A DNA stretch of 64,000 nt from an uncultured Gammaproteobacteria bacterium (lineage in GTDB: Bacteria; Patescibacteriota; Microgenomatia; UBA8517): contig OZ246419.1 of NCBI GenBank assembly GCA_965231135.1, positions 577,488 through 641,487 of the forward strand, in the 5' to 3' direction. This document shows positions 37,957 to 47,457 of the stretch, in pieces. Below the pieces are notes generated by a model. The model made no database searches. It was given only the letters and a program-made list of their open reading frames with translations, and was not told the origin of the DNA. Within the stretch, counting starts at the first letter, position 1; each line of letters opens with the position of its first letter. Position numbers and translations under genes: made by a program.

Positions 37957-38395
37957 TAGTAATTGTTTTGGCGTTTCCAGTTGATGCTTGTGTAATAACT
38001 ATAGAAGCAGAGTTTCCATCTGGAATATTCGTTCCCTGAGCAAGAGTTTTAAAAATAAGAGGATTAGGAATTGGTGTGTTTAAAGAAATATCACTGGGCA
38101 TATTAACATCCTTTATCTGTATAATGCCGCCGCTGCAGACAGCATCTGTTTCATATTCTGTAGCGCTTATAAAATTGAATTGATAACCATTTAAAGTACC
38201 AGTGCAGGTTGTTGGTTTGTTGCCAGCGATTGCTGCTTCTTGAATAGAACGCAAATCTGTTTGGATGAAAGTTATTGTTTGTAATAAGGCCTGCTGTTTG
38301 GAATAATCCTGAAAAGTAGTAAAGCCGACAGTAAACAAAATGGTCATCACTACAATGACGACTAGAAGTTCAATTAAAGTGTAACCTGCTCTCAT
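37931..38395 (-). CDS. type IV pilin / pseudopilin
   Basis: The class III signal peptide is 'MRAG|YTLIELLVVIVVMTILF'. Confidence 0.75.
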   Translation of the reverse strand: MRAGYTLIELLVVIVVMTILFTVGFTTFQDYSKQQALLQTITFIQTDLRSIQEAAIAGNKPTTCTGTLNGYQFNFISATEYETDAVCSGGIIQIKDVNMPSDISLNTPIPNPLIFKTLAQGTNIPDGNSASIVITQASTGNAKTITIGSNGSIQ

Positions 38396-38853
38396 GGGTT
38401 TGTAACTTCATAATAGCATGTACTTGAACCACAATTTGTTGTCGCTCCTGCTCCGCTGCCACATGTAACAGCCATGGAATTGTCAGTTACTTCTAAAGTA
38501 GAGCAAATATCATATGTTGTGCCGTCAGACCAATAAACATATGAACTTTCGCTATTTGGATCCTGAGGGACAAGAGTCATGTATTTATTTGTCGAAAGAC
38601 AATTTGCAGTCGAACCATCACCGGTTAAAGTGCTTCCAAAATTCATAGATGTCGGATAAACATTACAGTCTGCTTTGTATGTTTCGATTGCACTTTGAAT
38701 TGCTGAAAGATCTGTTTTCCTCCTTGCATCTCTGCTTCGTTTAATGTTTATGGTTGAAGTATTAACAAAAAAGGCAGTAAGAATCCCAATAATTGACACA
38801 ACGATTAGAAGTTCTATTAAAGTAAAACCTTTAGTGTGTTTTATTTTTAGCAT
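38392..38853 (-). CDS. type IV pilin / pseudopilin
   Basis: The class III signal peptide is 'MLKIKHTKG|FTLIELLIVVSIIGIL'. Confidence 0.75.
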   Translation of the reverse strand: MLKIKHTKGFTLIELLIVVSIIGILTAFFVNTSTINIKRSRDARRKTDLSAIQSAIETYKADCNVYPTSMNFGSTLTGDGSTANCLSTNKYMTLVPQDPNSESSYVYWSDGTTYDICSTLEVTDNSMAVTCGSGAGATTNCGSSTCYYEVTNP

Positions 38854-39283
38854 CTAATTCATTTTCATACTCTTGCAAAGTTTTATCAAGAGGGACATTA
38901 GAAGCTGAAATACCATAATTGCAAATAAAGTTGCCGCATTTTAGGCTTAAGTTGTGAATTGTCTGATTATATTCAGCCTCGTCGGTGCGCTCCAGACTGG
39001 CATAGAGTTGATAAAACTTTCCGTCTGTAAAATATGAATAAGAATAGCCTAAGGGAGTTCCCGGATCCTTGGGAGCATTGGGAAGACCAGATAAACTTGG
39101 AGGGTAAATACTATTTGTATCTTTATAGCTTTCAAGCATTTTAGAAATATCGCTTAAATCATTTTCGCGTTCGTTGTCACGACCGCGGGCGTTTGCAACA
39201 CCAAAATTAAAATATGATAAAACGAAAATCACAGATAATATAATAATGACTACAATACTTTCAGTTTTATTAAAAAATTTCAT
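38831..39283 (-). CDS. pseudopilin-like hypothetical protein (non-canonical N-terminus)
   Basis: A hydrophobic N-terminus lacks the G-x4-E motif. 'ARGRDNERENDLSDISKMLESYK' resembles the conserved pseudopilin helix. Confidence 0.35.
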   Translation of the reverse strand: MKFFNKTESIVVIIILSVIFVLSYFNFGVANARGRDNERENDLSDISKMLESYKDTNSIYPPSLSGLPNAPKDPGTPLGYSYSYFTDGKFYQLYASLERTDEAEYNQTIHNLSLKCGNFICNYGISASNVPLDKTLQEYENELDAKNKTH

Positions 39284-39996
39284 AGACCAATTAATTTTAT
39301 AAAATAATCACCAAAAAATAAAACCATAGCTATTCCAAAGATTAAAAACGGACCAAAAGCAATTCTCTGGCGTAATTTTGCTTTTTTAATAATAATCAAA
39401 AAAAGACCAAGTACCGCCCCAATTAAAAAAGAAAAGAAAAGCCAAACTAAGAAAAACTTAAGACCAACAAGCAAACCAATCAAAAGCGCAAGCTTAACAT
39501 CTCCCAAACCCATACCTTTTCCATGCGTAATTAAACTAATCATTAATAAAATTAATGCAGATAAAAAACTGGCTAATAAATTAGGATAGAGAAACGAGCT
39601 TGTGAATATTAATTTACAAACCGCAATCAAAATTCCCCCAAAAACTAATTCATCAGGGATAATTTGATTTTCAAAATCAATTACAAAAATAGCAATTAGA
39701 ATACTTGCAAGTATTAGATTAAAAATATTTAGGCCGACAAAAATAAAAATAATTCCTGTCGCAAGCTCAATTAAAGGTTCACGACGAGAAATGTGACTGC
39801 TGCAATCTCTACATTTTCCCTGTAAAAGGACATACGAAATAAGAGGAATGTTGTCATACCAATTGATTTGAGCTTTACATGAAGGACAAAAAGATCTTCC
39901 TTTTATTATACTAATTCTTCTTGGGAGCCTGTATGTGAGCGCTCCCAAGAAAGAACCGATTATCAAACCAAACACTAACAAACCAATGGTTATCAT
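39280..39996 (-). CDS. pilD: prepilin peptidase PilD (A24 family)
   Basis: The Zn-binding 'CPSCKAQI...CRDCSSHI' motifs and multiple TM helices are present. The likely start is the ATG at 39994-39996, which overlaps the pilin stop as TAATG. The track ORF extends to 40110 through a TTG. Confidence 0.85.
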   Translation of the reverse strand: MITIGLLVFGLIIGSFLGALTYRLPRRISIIKGRSFCPSCKAQINWYDNIPLISYVLLQGKCRDCSSHISRREPLIELATGIIFIFVGLNIFNLILASILIAIFVIDFENQIIPDELVFGGILIAVCKLIFTSSFLYPNLLASFLSALILLMISLITHGKGMGLGDVKLALLIGLLVGLKFFLVWLFFSFLIGAVLGLFLIIIKKAKLRQRIAFGPFLIFGIAMVLFFGDYFIKLIGL

Positions 39997-40517
39997 TAGA
40001 ATGTGAAAGTTGGCGATAAACCAATGGCAGCTTCTGTTGCTGCACAAACCCCACCTGCTCTTCCAAGCGATGTGGAATATACATAGTATGCAGATGTTCC
40101 AGTGCCACAATTGCTGCTGTTTGATAATGCCTCAGTCTTGGCATAAACAATAGCTCCTGTTCCTGCTGTTACCTGATAACACCATGTGCTATTAATTACG
40201 TTTGTTGTGCAAGCTGAAGTTCCACCGCTATAAGCAACTGCAGAGGGAATCGCTGTAAGCTCTCCAGCTGCAACTAGTTGATTTGGCGATGCTGTCCACT
40301 GGGCTACTGTTGGGAAAGTATTACTATGGCTTTCAGCATAAGTAAGTAAAGCATCTCCCATTTGAGTAACAGAGTCTAATCTTCCTGCATCACGTGTCTT
40401 TGCAAGCTGCTGCAAAGGATTTATGGAAACAATAACGACTGCTGCTAAAACTCCAAGAACTGCGATAACTACCAAAAGTTCTATTAATGTAAAACCTTTT
40501 TTTATTAACGTGTTAAT
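39996..40517 (-). CDS. pilA: type IV major pilin (apparent ATT start)
   Basis: Extending the track ORF upstream gives a canonical '(M)NTLIKKG|FTLIELLVVIAVLGVLAAV'. The only start 9 nt downstream of the strong SD GGAGG is ATT (40515-40517). An in-frame TGA lies at 40524-40526. Confidence 0.65.
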   Translation of the reverse strand: MNTLIKKGFTLIELLVVIAVLGVLAAVVIVSINPLQQLAKTRDAGRLDSVTQMGDALLTYAESHSNTFPTVAQWTASPNQLVAAGELTAIPSAVAYSGGTSACTTNVINSTWCYQVTAGTGAIVYAKTEALSNSSNCGTGTSAYYVYSTSLGRAGGVCAATEAAIGLSPTFTF

Positions 40518-40557
40518 TTTTAATCACCTCCTTCATTTATAATTCAGTATGAAATAT

Positions 40558-41763
40558 TTAAAACGAATTAGTCAAGTTGTATATTGGCAAGATTATAGAA
40601 ACAACCAAAAAACCAACTCCTACTCCTAAAATAATCATTACTATCGGTTCTATCGCTGCAGTTAATGTTTTTACTTTTTGATCTGATTCTGTTTCAAAAA
40701 CCTGGGCTAATTTGGAAAGAACTTCATCGATTTTTCCAGACTCTTCGCCAACTGCAATCATTTGAGAAAAAAGATAGGGAAAAGCTTCGGGATGCTTTGC
40801 AAATGCATAGGCAATAGGGAAGCCTTTTTCAACTTGAGAAGAAGCATCTGTTAATGCGTCTTTTATAATTACATTTCCAATTGCTCCAGCTGTGACTTGC
40901 ATACCTTCAATGATTGGAACTCCAGCTCCAACCATTAAAGCTAGAGTTCTTGCAAGATCTGTAAGCATGACTTTTTGCTGAAGATCTCCGATTATTGGTA
41001 TTTTAAAAATAAGTTCATCAATTTTATGTCGACCTTCGCTTGTTTTTGAATAAGAATTAAAAAAGAGAAAACCGCCAACCATAAGACCAATAATAATAAA
41101 CCAAAAACGAACGAAGAAATTGGAAATGCCAATAACGATTTGAGTTGGTAAAGGAAGTGTTGCATTAAATTGCGAATATAAATCAAGAAGCTTAGGGATA
41201 ACAAAGATCATCATAATAAAAGTTACAATTACCATACCAACGATAATAATTATTGGATAAATAAGAGCGCCGATTACTTTTCCTCTAAATTCCTGGGATT
41301 TTTCAAGATTATCGGCAATACGAACTAAGACTTTATCCAAAACTCCTCCGGTTTCTCCAGCTTTCAAGAGAGCCACATATGTTGGAGAGAAAACTTTAGG
41401 ATGTTTGTCAAAAGCTGTAGATAAAGATTCACCGTTTTCAACATCACTTAAAATTTTTGAGATTACAGGTTCAAAATTGGGCTGGGCCTGCAATTTTAAA
41501 ATATTTAAACTTTCTGTTACCGGAAGTCCTGCATTTATCATTGTTGCAAATTGTCTGGTAAAACCTGCGACATCATTTAATGTAATTCTGTTTTTGTATA
41601 ATGTAAAAATTCCAATAATTCCGGTTTCTTTTGGAGTTATGCTTAAAACTGTAAATCCCTTTGCACGAACAAGTTTTGCTGCAGCATCCGCAGTTGATGC
41701 CTCAACTTCTCCTGATATAATTTTCCCATCTTTAGCTTTTGCTTTGTAGATAAATCTTTTCAT
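40558..41763 (-). CDS. pilC: type IV pilus platform protein PilC (GspF family)
   Basis: Two GspF-type domains with three TM segments are present. The N-terminus is 'YKAKAKDGKIISGEVEAS'. Confidence 0.85.
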   Translation of the reverse strand: MKRFIYKAKAKDGKIISGEVEASTADAAAKLVRAKGFTVLSITPKETGIIGIFTLYKNRITLNDVAGFTRQFATMINAGLPVTESLNILKLQAQPNFEPVISKILSDVENGESLSTAFDKHPKVFSPTYVALLKAGETGGVLDKVLVRIADNLEKSQEFRGKVIGALIYPIIIIVGMVIVTFIMMIFVIPKLLDLYSQFNATLPLPTQIVIGISNFFVRFWFIIIGLMVGGFLFFNSYSKTSEGRHKIDELIFKIPIIGDLQQKVMLTDLARTLALMVGAGVPIIEGMQVTAGAIGNVIIKDALTDASSQVEKGFPIAYAFAKHPEAFPYLFSQMIAVGEESGKIDEVLSKLAQVFETESDQKVKTLTAAIEPIVMIILGVGVGFLVVSIILPIYNLTNSF

Positions 41764-42815
41764 GATCGCATTAATCTGGCAAGCTCTTCAGGTTCTGTTG
41801 AATAATTTGTAGCTACTTCTGCCGTTATTTTTCCTTCTTTAACCATTGAAGCAAGAGAACTTTCTAAGGTATACATTCCCTGATTTCCGGAGGTTTGAAT
41901 TACAGATCTTATCTGATGAGTCTTGCCTTCGCGAATTGCAGTTTTAATGGCGTTACTTGCAGTCATAACCTCGGTTGCAACAATTCTCCCCCCAGAAATT
42001 GCCGGCATAAGACGTTGGGAAACAACAGCAGCTAAGACATTTGATAGCTGCAAACGCACCTGATCTTGCTGTTCGTCAGGAAAAACATCAACAATACGGT
42101 CAACTGTTTCTGCCGCACTATTTGTATGAAGGGTTGCAAAAACTAAATGGCCAGTTTCTGCAATTGTTAGCGCTGCAGCAATTGTTTCATAATCGCGCAT
42201 TTCACCAATCAAAACAACATTTGGATCTTCACGAAGGACACTTCGAAGCGCAATACTCCAAGAATGAGTATCTTCGTGCATTTCGCGCTGGCTAATAATT
42301 GATTTGACTGAATTAAATATAAATTCAACCGGATCTTCTATGGTTACAATATGCACAGAGCGAGTTTTATTGATTTCATTTATAACTGATGCAAGAGTGG
42401 TAGATTTACCATGACCAGTTGGGCCTGTAATAAGCACAAATCCTTGGCGCATATTTACAAACTCATTCATTATTTTTGGCAATTTTAATTCATCGAGAGA
42501 GGGGATAATAAGAGGAATTTTACGAAAAGCTACACCCCAGGTGCCCTTTTGAGTATAGGCGTTAACACGAAAACGAGCCTTCTCTGAGAATGAAATAGAA
42601 AAATCAATTTCTTTGTTTGTAGCAAGAGACTCTAATTGATTGCTATTTAAAAGTTCTTTTAAATAAGTTTCCATTATCTCGGGAGTTAATATTTGTTCGT
42701 TTGGAACCGGAATTAATTCTTCATCAATGCGGAGAGTCGGTGCAATTCCCACAACTATATGAAGATCTGAAGCGTTTCTGTCGACTGTGAGTTGCAATAA
42801 ATCTCTAATTGTCAT
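41760..42815 (-). CDS. pilT: twitching motility ATPase PilT
   Basis: The Walker A is 'GPTGHGKSTT'. The protein has PilT-size (351 aa) and AIRNLIRE-like 'AIKTAIREGK'. Confidence 0.85.
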   Translation of the reverse strand: MTIRDLLQLTVDRNASDLHIVVGIAPTLRIDEELIPVPNEQILTPEIMETYLKELLNSNQLESLATNKEIDFSISFSEKARFRVNAYTQKGTWGVAFRKIPLIIPSLDELKLPKIMNEFVNMRQGFVLITGPTGHGKSTTLASVINEINKTRSVHIVTIEDPVEFIFNSVKSIISQREMHEDTHSWSIALRSVLREDPNVVLIGEMRDYETIAAALTIAETGHLVFATLHTNSAAETVDRIVDVFPDEQQDQVRLQLSNVLAAVVSQRLMPAISGGRIVATEVMTASNAIKTAIREGKTHQIRSVIQTSGNQGMYTLESSLASMVKEGKITAEVATNYSTEPEELARLMRS

Positions 42816-42830
42816 ATTTTAATCATAATA

Positions 42831-44570
42831 TTATTCTTGCGCGACACGCAACACCTCTTCAACAGTCGTGGTGCCATCAAGAACTTTCAAAAAACCATCT
42901 TGCTCAAGGGTAATCATACCTTCGTTTTTAGCTTCAACTGCAATTTGCCCAGCAGGAGCCCGCTCTAAAATTAATCTGGAAATTTTTTCTGTGACTGGCA
43001 AAACTTCATAAATTCCTACACGGCCTAAATATCCAGAATTATTGTTTTCAGGTGATGGCGTGCCTTTAAAAAATTTAACAGGATTTGATTTGGGCTGGTA
43101 AAGCGTCCCAAGTCCGTCTTTCACTTGCTGCAAAACCTTTAGGTCCGGATCGTAAGCAACTTTGCCGTTTTCGTCAATTTTACGCAACACACGTTGGGCA
43201 ACAATAGCAGTAATAGAAGAAGTGATTAAAAACGGCTCCGCGCCCATATCAAGAAGGCGAGGAAGTGCTCCTGCGGCATCATTTGTATGAAGCGTTGCAA
43301 AAACTAAATGGCCAGTAAGCGATGCTTGGATCGCAAGATCTGCAGTTTCGCGGTCGCGAATTTCTCCGACAAGAATTACGTTTGGATCTTGACGTAAAAA
43401 CGCGCGTAATCCCGAGGCAAATGTCAAACCCACATCGGGATTAATTTGCACCTGATTGACTCCTGCGATTTTATATTCAATCGGGTCTTCAAGCGTCATG
43501 ATGTTAATTTTCGGCGTATTAATGCGCTGAATAATTGAATAGAGGGTGGTTGTTTTACCAGAACCAGTCGGACCGCAAATTAAAATAATTCCATGCGGGC
43601 GAAGAATGGCATCTTCAAGATTTTTTAAGGCATGGCCCCTTAGCCCCAATTCAGGAAGGTCGGGAATACCTCCTGTTTTTTTGAGAAGTCGCATAACTAC
43701 CTTTTCTCCCCAGGCAGTAGGGAGTGTAGAGACACGAAGATCAACTTCTTCATTATTACCGCTTCGAAAATTGAAGCGACCGTCCTGAGGGATTCTTTTT
43801 TCAATAATTTTCATTCCTGCCAAAATTTTTATTTTGGAGAGGAGTGGCTCCTGGAGACGCTTCGGAATAGTTAATTTTTCTTGTAAAATACCGTCAATGC
43901 GGTAGCGAACGCGAACTGCTTTTTCTTCAGGCTCAATGTGAATATCGCTTGCACGAGAACGCACTGCAAAATCTAAAATATCGCTTACAATTTCTCCGAT
44001 TTTCTCGCCTCTTACAAAATTCCCTGCTGCTTCTTGTTTAGCATCCAGAGTTTTCACTCCTTCTTGACTGACGTCTTCAAGAGCCTCAGTTACTTTTTGT
44101 GAAAGCGAAGCTTCATAACGAGTCTTTGTGAACTCATCAATTTTACTTGCATCTGCTGCCTGGGGGCGTACATGTAAATTAGTTTTTTGCTCAATAAATT
44201 CAATTGCAGAAAGGTCTAGTGGGTCTGCCATCGCAAGAGTGAGTTCATTTTTGGTGCGGTCGACGTTTACTGGAAATACACGAAATCTTTGAGCGATATC
44301 TGAAGTGACAAACGATAATGCATCGGGGCTTATAGGAATAGTATCAAGATCTAAATAAGGGACATTAAAAAAAGTTGCTTTTGCTTTTGTTAATGCAGTT
44401 TCAGTTACTAAATTTTGTTCTTTTATTAAATCTTCAGGGTCTTTGCCTGTCTGCACCTGGGCCATTTTGATTCGGTCTCCAATTACTGAATTTAAAGCAC
44501 CTTGGGAAACAAGAATATCGACAAGATTCTGATTATCATCAATACCATTAGCAATTGGTAGGGCAGCCAT
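42831..44570 (-). CDS. pilB: type IV pilus assembly ATPase PilB (GspE family)
   Basis: An N-terminal GspII_E-like domain is followed by the Walker A 'GPTGSGKTTT' and an Asp box. Confidence 0.85.
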   Translation of the reverse strand: MAALPIANGIDDNQNLVDILVSQGALNSVIGDRIKMAQVQTGKDPEDLIKEQNLVTETALTKAKATFFNVPYLDLDTIPISPDALSFVTSDIAQRFRVFPVNVDRTKNELTLAMADPLDLSAIEFIEQKTNLHVRPQAADASKIDEFTKTRYEASLSQKVTEALEDVSQEGVKTLDAKQEAAGNFVRGEKIGEIVSDILDFAVRSRASDIHIEPEEKAVRVRYRIDGILQEKLTIPKRLQEPLLSKIKILAGMKIIEKRIPQDGRFNFRSGNNEEVDLRVSTLPTAWGEKVVMRLLKKTGGIPDLPELGLRGHALKNLEDAILRPHGIILICGPTGSGKTTTLYSIIQRINTPKINIMTLEDPIEYKIAGVNQVQINPDVGLTFASGLRAFLRQDPNVILVGEIRDRETADLAIQASLTGHLVFATLHTNDAAGALPRLLDMGAEPFLITSSITAIVAQRVLRKIDENGKVAYDPDLKVLQQVKDGLGTLYQPKSNPVKFFKGTPSPENNNSGYLGRVGIYEVLPVTEKISRLILERAPAGQIAVEAKNEGMITLEQDGFLKVLDGTTTVEEVLRVAQE

Positions 44571-44671
44571 GATTCATTATGACAAGTCAAACTTCGGCTT
44601 GCAATATCTGTTATAATTAATTAGAGAGGAAATGTTAAAGAGATTACTTAACTATTTGTTTTTCAATTTTT

Positions 44672-44727
44672 CCCTTTCCACGGAAAGGGTAGGAAGTCAT
44701 CCCGCTATCGCTAGCGGGATTTTTTTT
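44672..44727 (+). terminator. orphan intrinsic-terminator-like tandem hairpins in the pilB/44804 divergent intergenic region
   Basis: Hairpin 1 is ccctttc-cacg-gaaaggg. Hairpin 2 is tcccgcta-tcgc-tagcggga, followed by T8 at 44720-44727. Confidence 0.45.
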
Positions 44728-44803
44728 GATAAAAATTTGACTTTCTACGTAGATGGAATATACTATGGGACAGGAATTGCTATAAGCTCTTGTATTTGAT
44801 ACA

Positions 44804-46798
44804 GTGAGTTTTATGGCAGATAAACAAGATAGAATGTCAGAAAGAATAAAAAATATCACAAGAGGAGCATTAGCTTTTGGTACAGCTATGTTTGTGGGAG
44901 CACGAGTAGTTCAAGGTCAACAAAACTCTCAGATAGAAAATACGATGGGTCCACAAAAAAACAGTTTAACGACCGCGGCTGTAGATAAGGACCAAAGCCA
45001 TATTAGACGAGTAACACCTCCGCCAACAAATTTTGATACACAATTTGGGCAGCTACCTAAAAGAGTTCCTGAATTTACGGTTCCAACAGATCCAGCAGCA
45101 TTTGAGACGAGTTATTTACAAAGTACACTAGCTAACATTGATCCTTCACAGATTAACTTTGGAGATCCTACAATTCAAGATTTACTGGCTCAGGATGCCT
45201 CAACGATCATGGAGGATAATAGCAAAATTATCCAAACTATCGCTGCAACAGAACCTAAGGATAAAGTTGGCAAATTTACAATTTCTTTAGAAGTAGGTTC
45301 TATTTCGGGAAGTAATCTCGTAGGCGGAATTATTCATGAAATTCATCCTGATAATACAGATACATATTATGTTTACGATTCAACAGATGGCTTGGTTATT
45401 CCGGTTAGTTTAGCTCCGGGATTGAAGTTAGAAATGTTTATCAGAAACGAGGCGAGTGGTTTTCAGAGACCAGTCGTTGGGGTTCGAGATCCAAAATCAG
45501 GTGGGATCTGGGTCCTGACCGAAGATCCACTGAACCAAGGTACATCGTTTGCGTTAGAAAAGGCTAGCGATTTTACTTCCACTTACGGAATAAGAGATAA
45601 AAGTGGCTGGGCTCAAGGAGTAGTTAATACTTCTGCAAACTTAAGACCTGATAGTAATACTAATTCTCAACCCTTAGCTGTTTTGCCTGAAGCAACAGAA
45701 GTGGTTATAACGGGACAAGTAACAGGTAGCGATCAGCAACCTTGGTACCAAGTAAGCGTAAATGGTAAAAACGGCTTTATAAAGGCAGATTTGGTAAAAG
45801 AAGGATCATTTAATGCAAATTCATTAAGAACTGTTTTTGTTGATAATAATGGAATATATCAATTTGACAGTAATAATAATCTCGTAATTACTAAATTAAG
45901 TGCTCCTGAAGCAAATGTAAACACTTTTTTTAACTTTGATGCAGTTAGATCAACTCTAAATTCAGCTGAGCTTGCCACAATGAATAGTGTAATGGAATCT
46001 TATCCAGGAAGAAATACTGATCAAATGGTTAAAGATGCACAAACTTTAGGAATAACTAATATTACCTGGAACAAAGACAACTTATGTTTCCAAGGACAAG
46101 ACCAACAAGGTCATGTACTTTGTTACTTTGGACATACACAACCAACAAGTGCAGAGAATGGAAGTTGGTCATATGCAGCTACTCCAATACAATCTTCGGA
46201 TTACAAAGAGGGAGTAAGTGGACTAAAGATTAGTTTTTTCACTGCAGTTGGCTCACAAAGAAACAATAACTCTTTTTATTTTGATTGGAACAGCGCTTAT
46301 CTCAGCCAACCTGGTACCGATACCCTTTTGAATGGAACAATTCAATCCATAAAAAAAGATACCGGGATAGATGTTACGGGAAAACATATTATTAACGTAA
46401 ACTACCCTGGCGAAACTACAAGTGCAGTTTTAACGAAAAACGACGCACAAAAGCTAGGTTCTTTTGACATTGTACTGCCAGACACTCTAACTGCGGGTAA
46501 GCAAAATTTTGGCGATGTTATTTTGATAAGATCCGTCGAGAATCCTAATGAAGGTAAACAAGACACGTATCCAGGCGCTGCAGACTGGCTATTCGGAGCT
46601 ACTGCATTTAATATAATGAATGCTCCTTTTGCAGGACAAGTAGCACCAATAACAACGGGTACATTAAATGAAATTAATAATTCGCTCAATAAATACCAAG
46701 CTATTGGAAATGATATATACAATAATTATTTACAAGCCAGTAATCTTCCTGGAGCAATATTTATAATTAAAAACATCTCCAGTAATTCAAATTCCTAA
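44804..46798 (+). CDS. large secreted hypothetical protein with an SH3b-like domain
   Basis: An N-terminal signal anchor is present. The SH3b-like segment is 'PWYQVSVNGKNGFIKADLV'. Confidence 0.4.
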   Translation: MSFMADKQDRMSERIKNITRGALAFGTAMFVGARVVQGQQNSQIENTMGPQKNSLTTAAVDKDQSHIRRVTPPPTNFDTQFGQLPKRVPEFTVPTDPAAFETSYLQSTLANIDPSQINFGDPTIQDLLAQDASTIMEDNSKIIQTIAATEPKDKVGKFTISLEVGSISGSNLVGGIIHEIHPDNTDTYYVYDSTDGLVIPVSLAPGLKLEMFIRNEASGFQRPVVGVRDPKSGGIWVLTEDPLNQGTSFALEKASDFTSTYGIRDKSGWAQGVVNTSANLRPDSNTNSQPLAVLPEATEVVITGQVTGSDQQPWYQVSVNGKNGFIKADLVKEGSFNANSLRTVFVDNNGIYQFDSNNNLVITKLSAPEANVNTFFNFDAVRSTLNSAELATMNSVMESYPGRNTDQMVKDAQTLGITNITWNKDNLCFQGQDQQGHVLCYFGHTQPTSAENGSWSYAATPIQSSDYKEGVSGLKISFFTAVGSQRNNNSFYFDWNSAYLSQPGTDTLLNGTIQSIKKDTGIDVTGKHIINVNYPGETTSAVLTKNDAQKLGSFDIVLPDTLTAGKQNFGDVILIRSVENPNEGKQDTYPGAADWLFGATAFNIMNAPFAGQVAPITTGTLNEINNSLNKYQAIGNDIYNNYLQASNLPGAIFIIKNISSNSNS

Positions 46799-46855
46799 CC
46801 ACAATCCTCTTTACATTCTTTTTAAGATAATCTAATCTGAAGTAATTGGGATTTT

Positions 46856-47455
46856 ATGGATTTTTTAAAGCAAAATAAGTTATTGGTAGGTATTTTATTT
46901 TTGGCAATATTATTTTTTTGTATTCTCGGAGGAATTGTGTTTTATCTTTCTCACAATTCAGCAACTACTGTTTCAGTACAAACAAAGAGTTTTCAAAGTG
47001 GGGGATTAACAGTTAATAATAATTCCGGTTTTAATCTAAGTAAGTTTGACAGTCAAACTGCAACTTCTTTAAAAAATGACGGTATAAAAACTTTACAATT
47101 TCAGTTTACTTCAGTTCCAACTGCTATAGTGACCCATATTAACGACAGTGCTGGAAACTCATTACCATATGTTGGCTATAATCTCGTTCAAAATGGATCA
47201 GAAATGACAGTTACTCTATATGTTAATACTGATACCGCTGAGAAATTAAATAAAACTCAAAAAGACCTGGAATTCGATGCCTTACAACAGTTTTTCGTGG
47301 GACTTGAGTATTACCAGGAAAATTTAGCAAGCAACAATACTGCCCCTCAAGGCGATCAGGGAAGTCTTATTACCCAGCATTTTACCGAGGCAGGGAATAA
47401 AGCAAATATGTTAGTTAATAATGGTAGTGTGCCATTTAATATTAGTTTCAATTAA
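46856..47455 (+). CDS. membrane-anchored hypothetical protein
   Basis: The N-terminal TM helix is 'LLVGILFLAILFFCILGGIVFYL'. Confidence 0.3.
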   Translation: MDFLKQNKLLVGILFLAILFFCILGGIVFYLSHNSATTVSVQTKSFQSGGLTVNNNSGFNLSKFDSQTATSLKNDGIKTLQFQFTSVPTAIVTHINDSAGNSLPYVGYNLVQNGSEMTVTLYVNTDTAEKLNKTQKDLEFDALQQFFVGLEYYQENLASNNTAPQGDQGSLITQHFTEAGNKANMLVNNGSVPFNISFN

Positions 47456-47457
47456 AA

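Noticed and set aside
44644-44859. A 71-aa minus-strand ORF in the pilB/44804 intergenic region
   Set aside because: It overlaps the terminator hairpins and the start of the + strand gene. It has no SD and is likely spurious.
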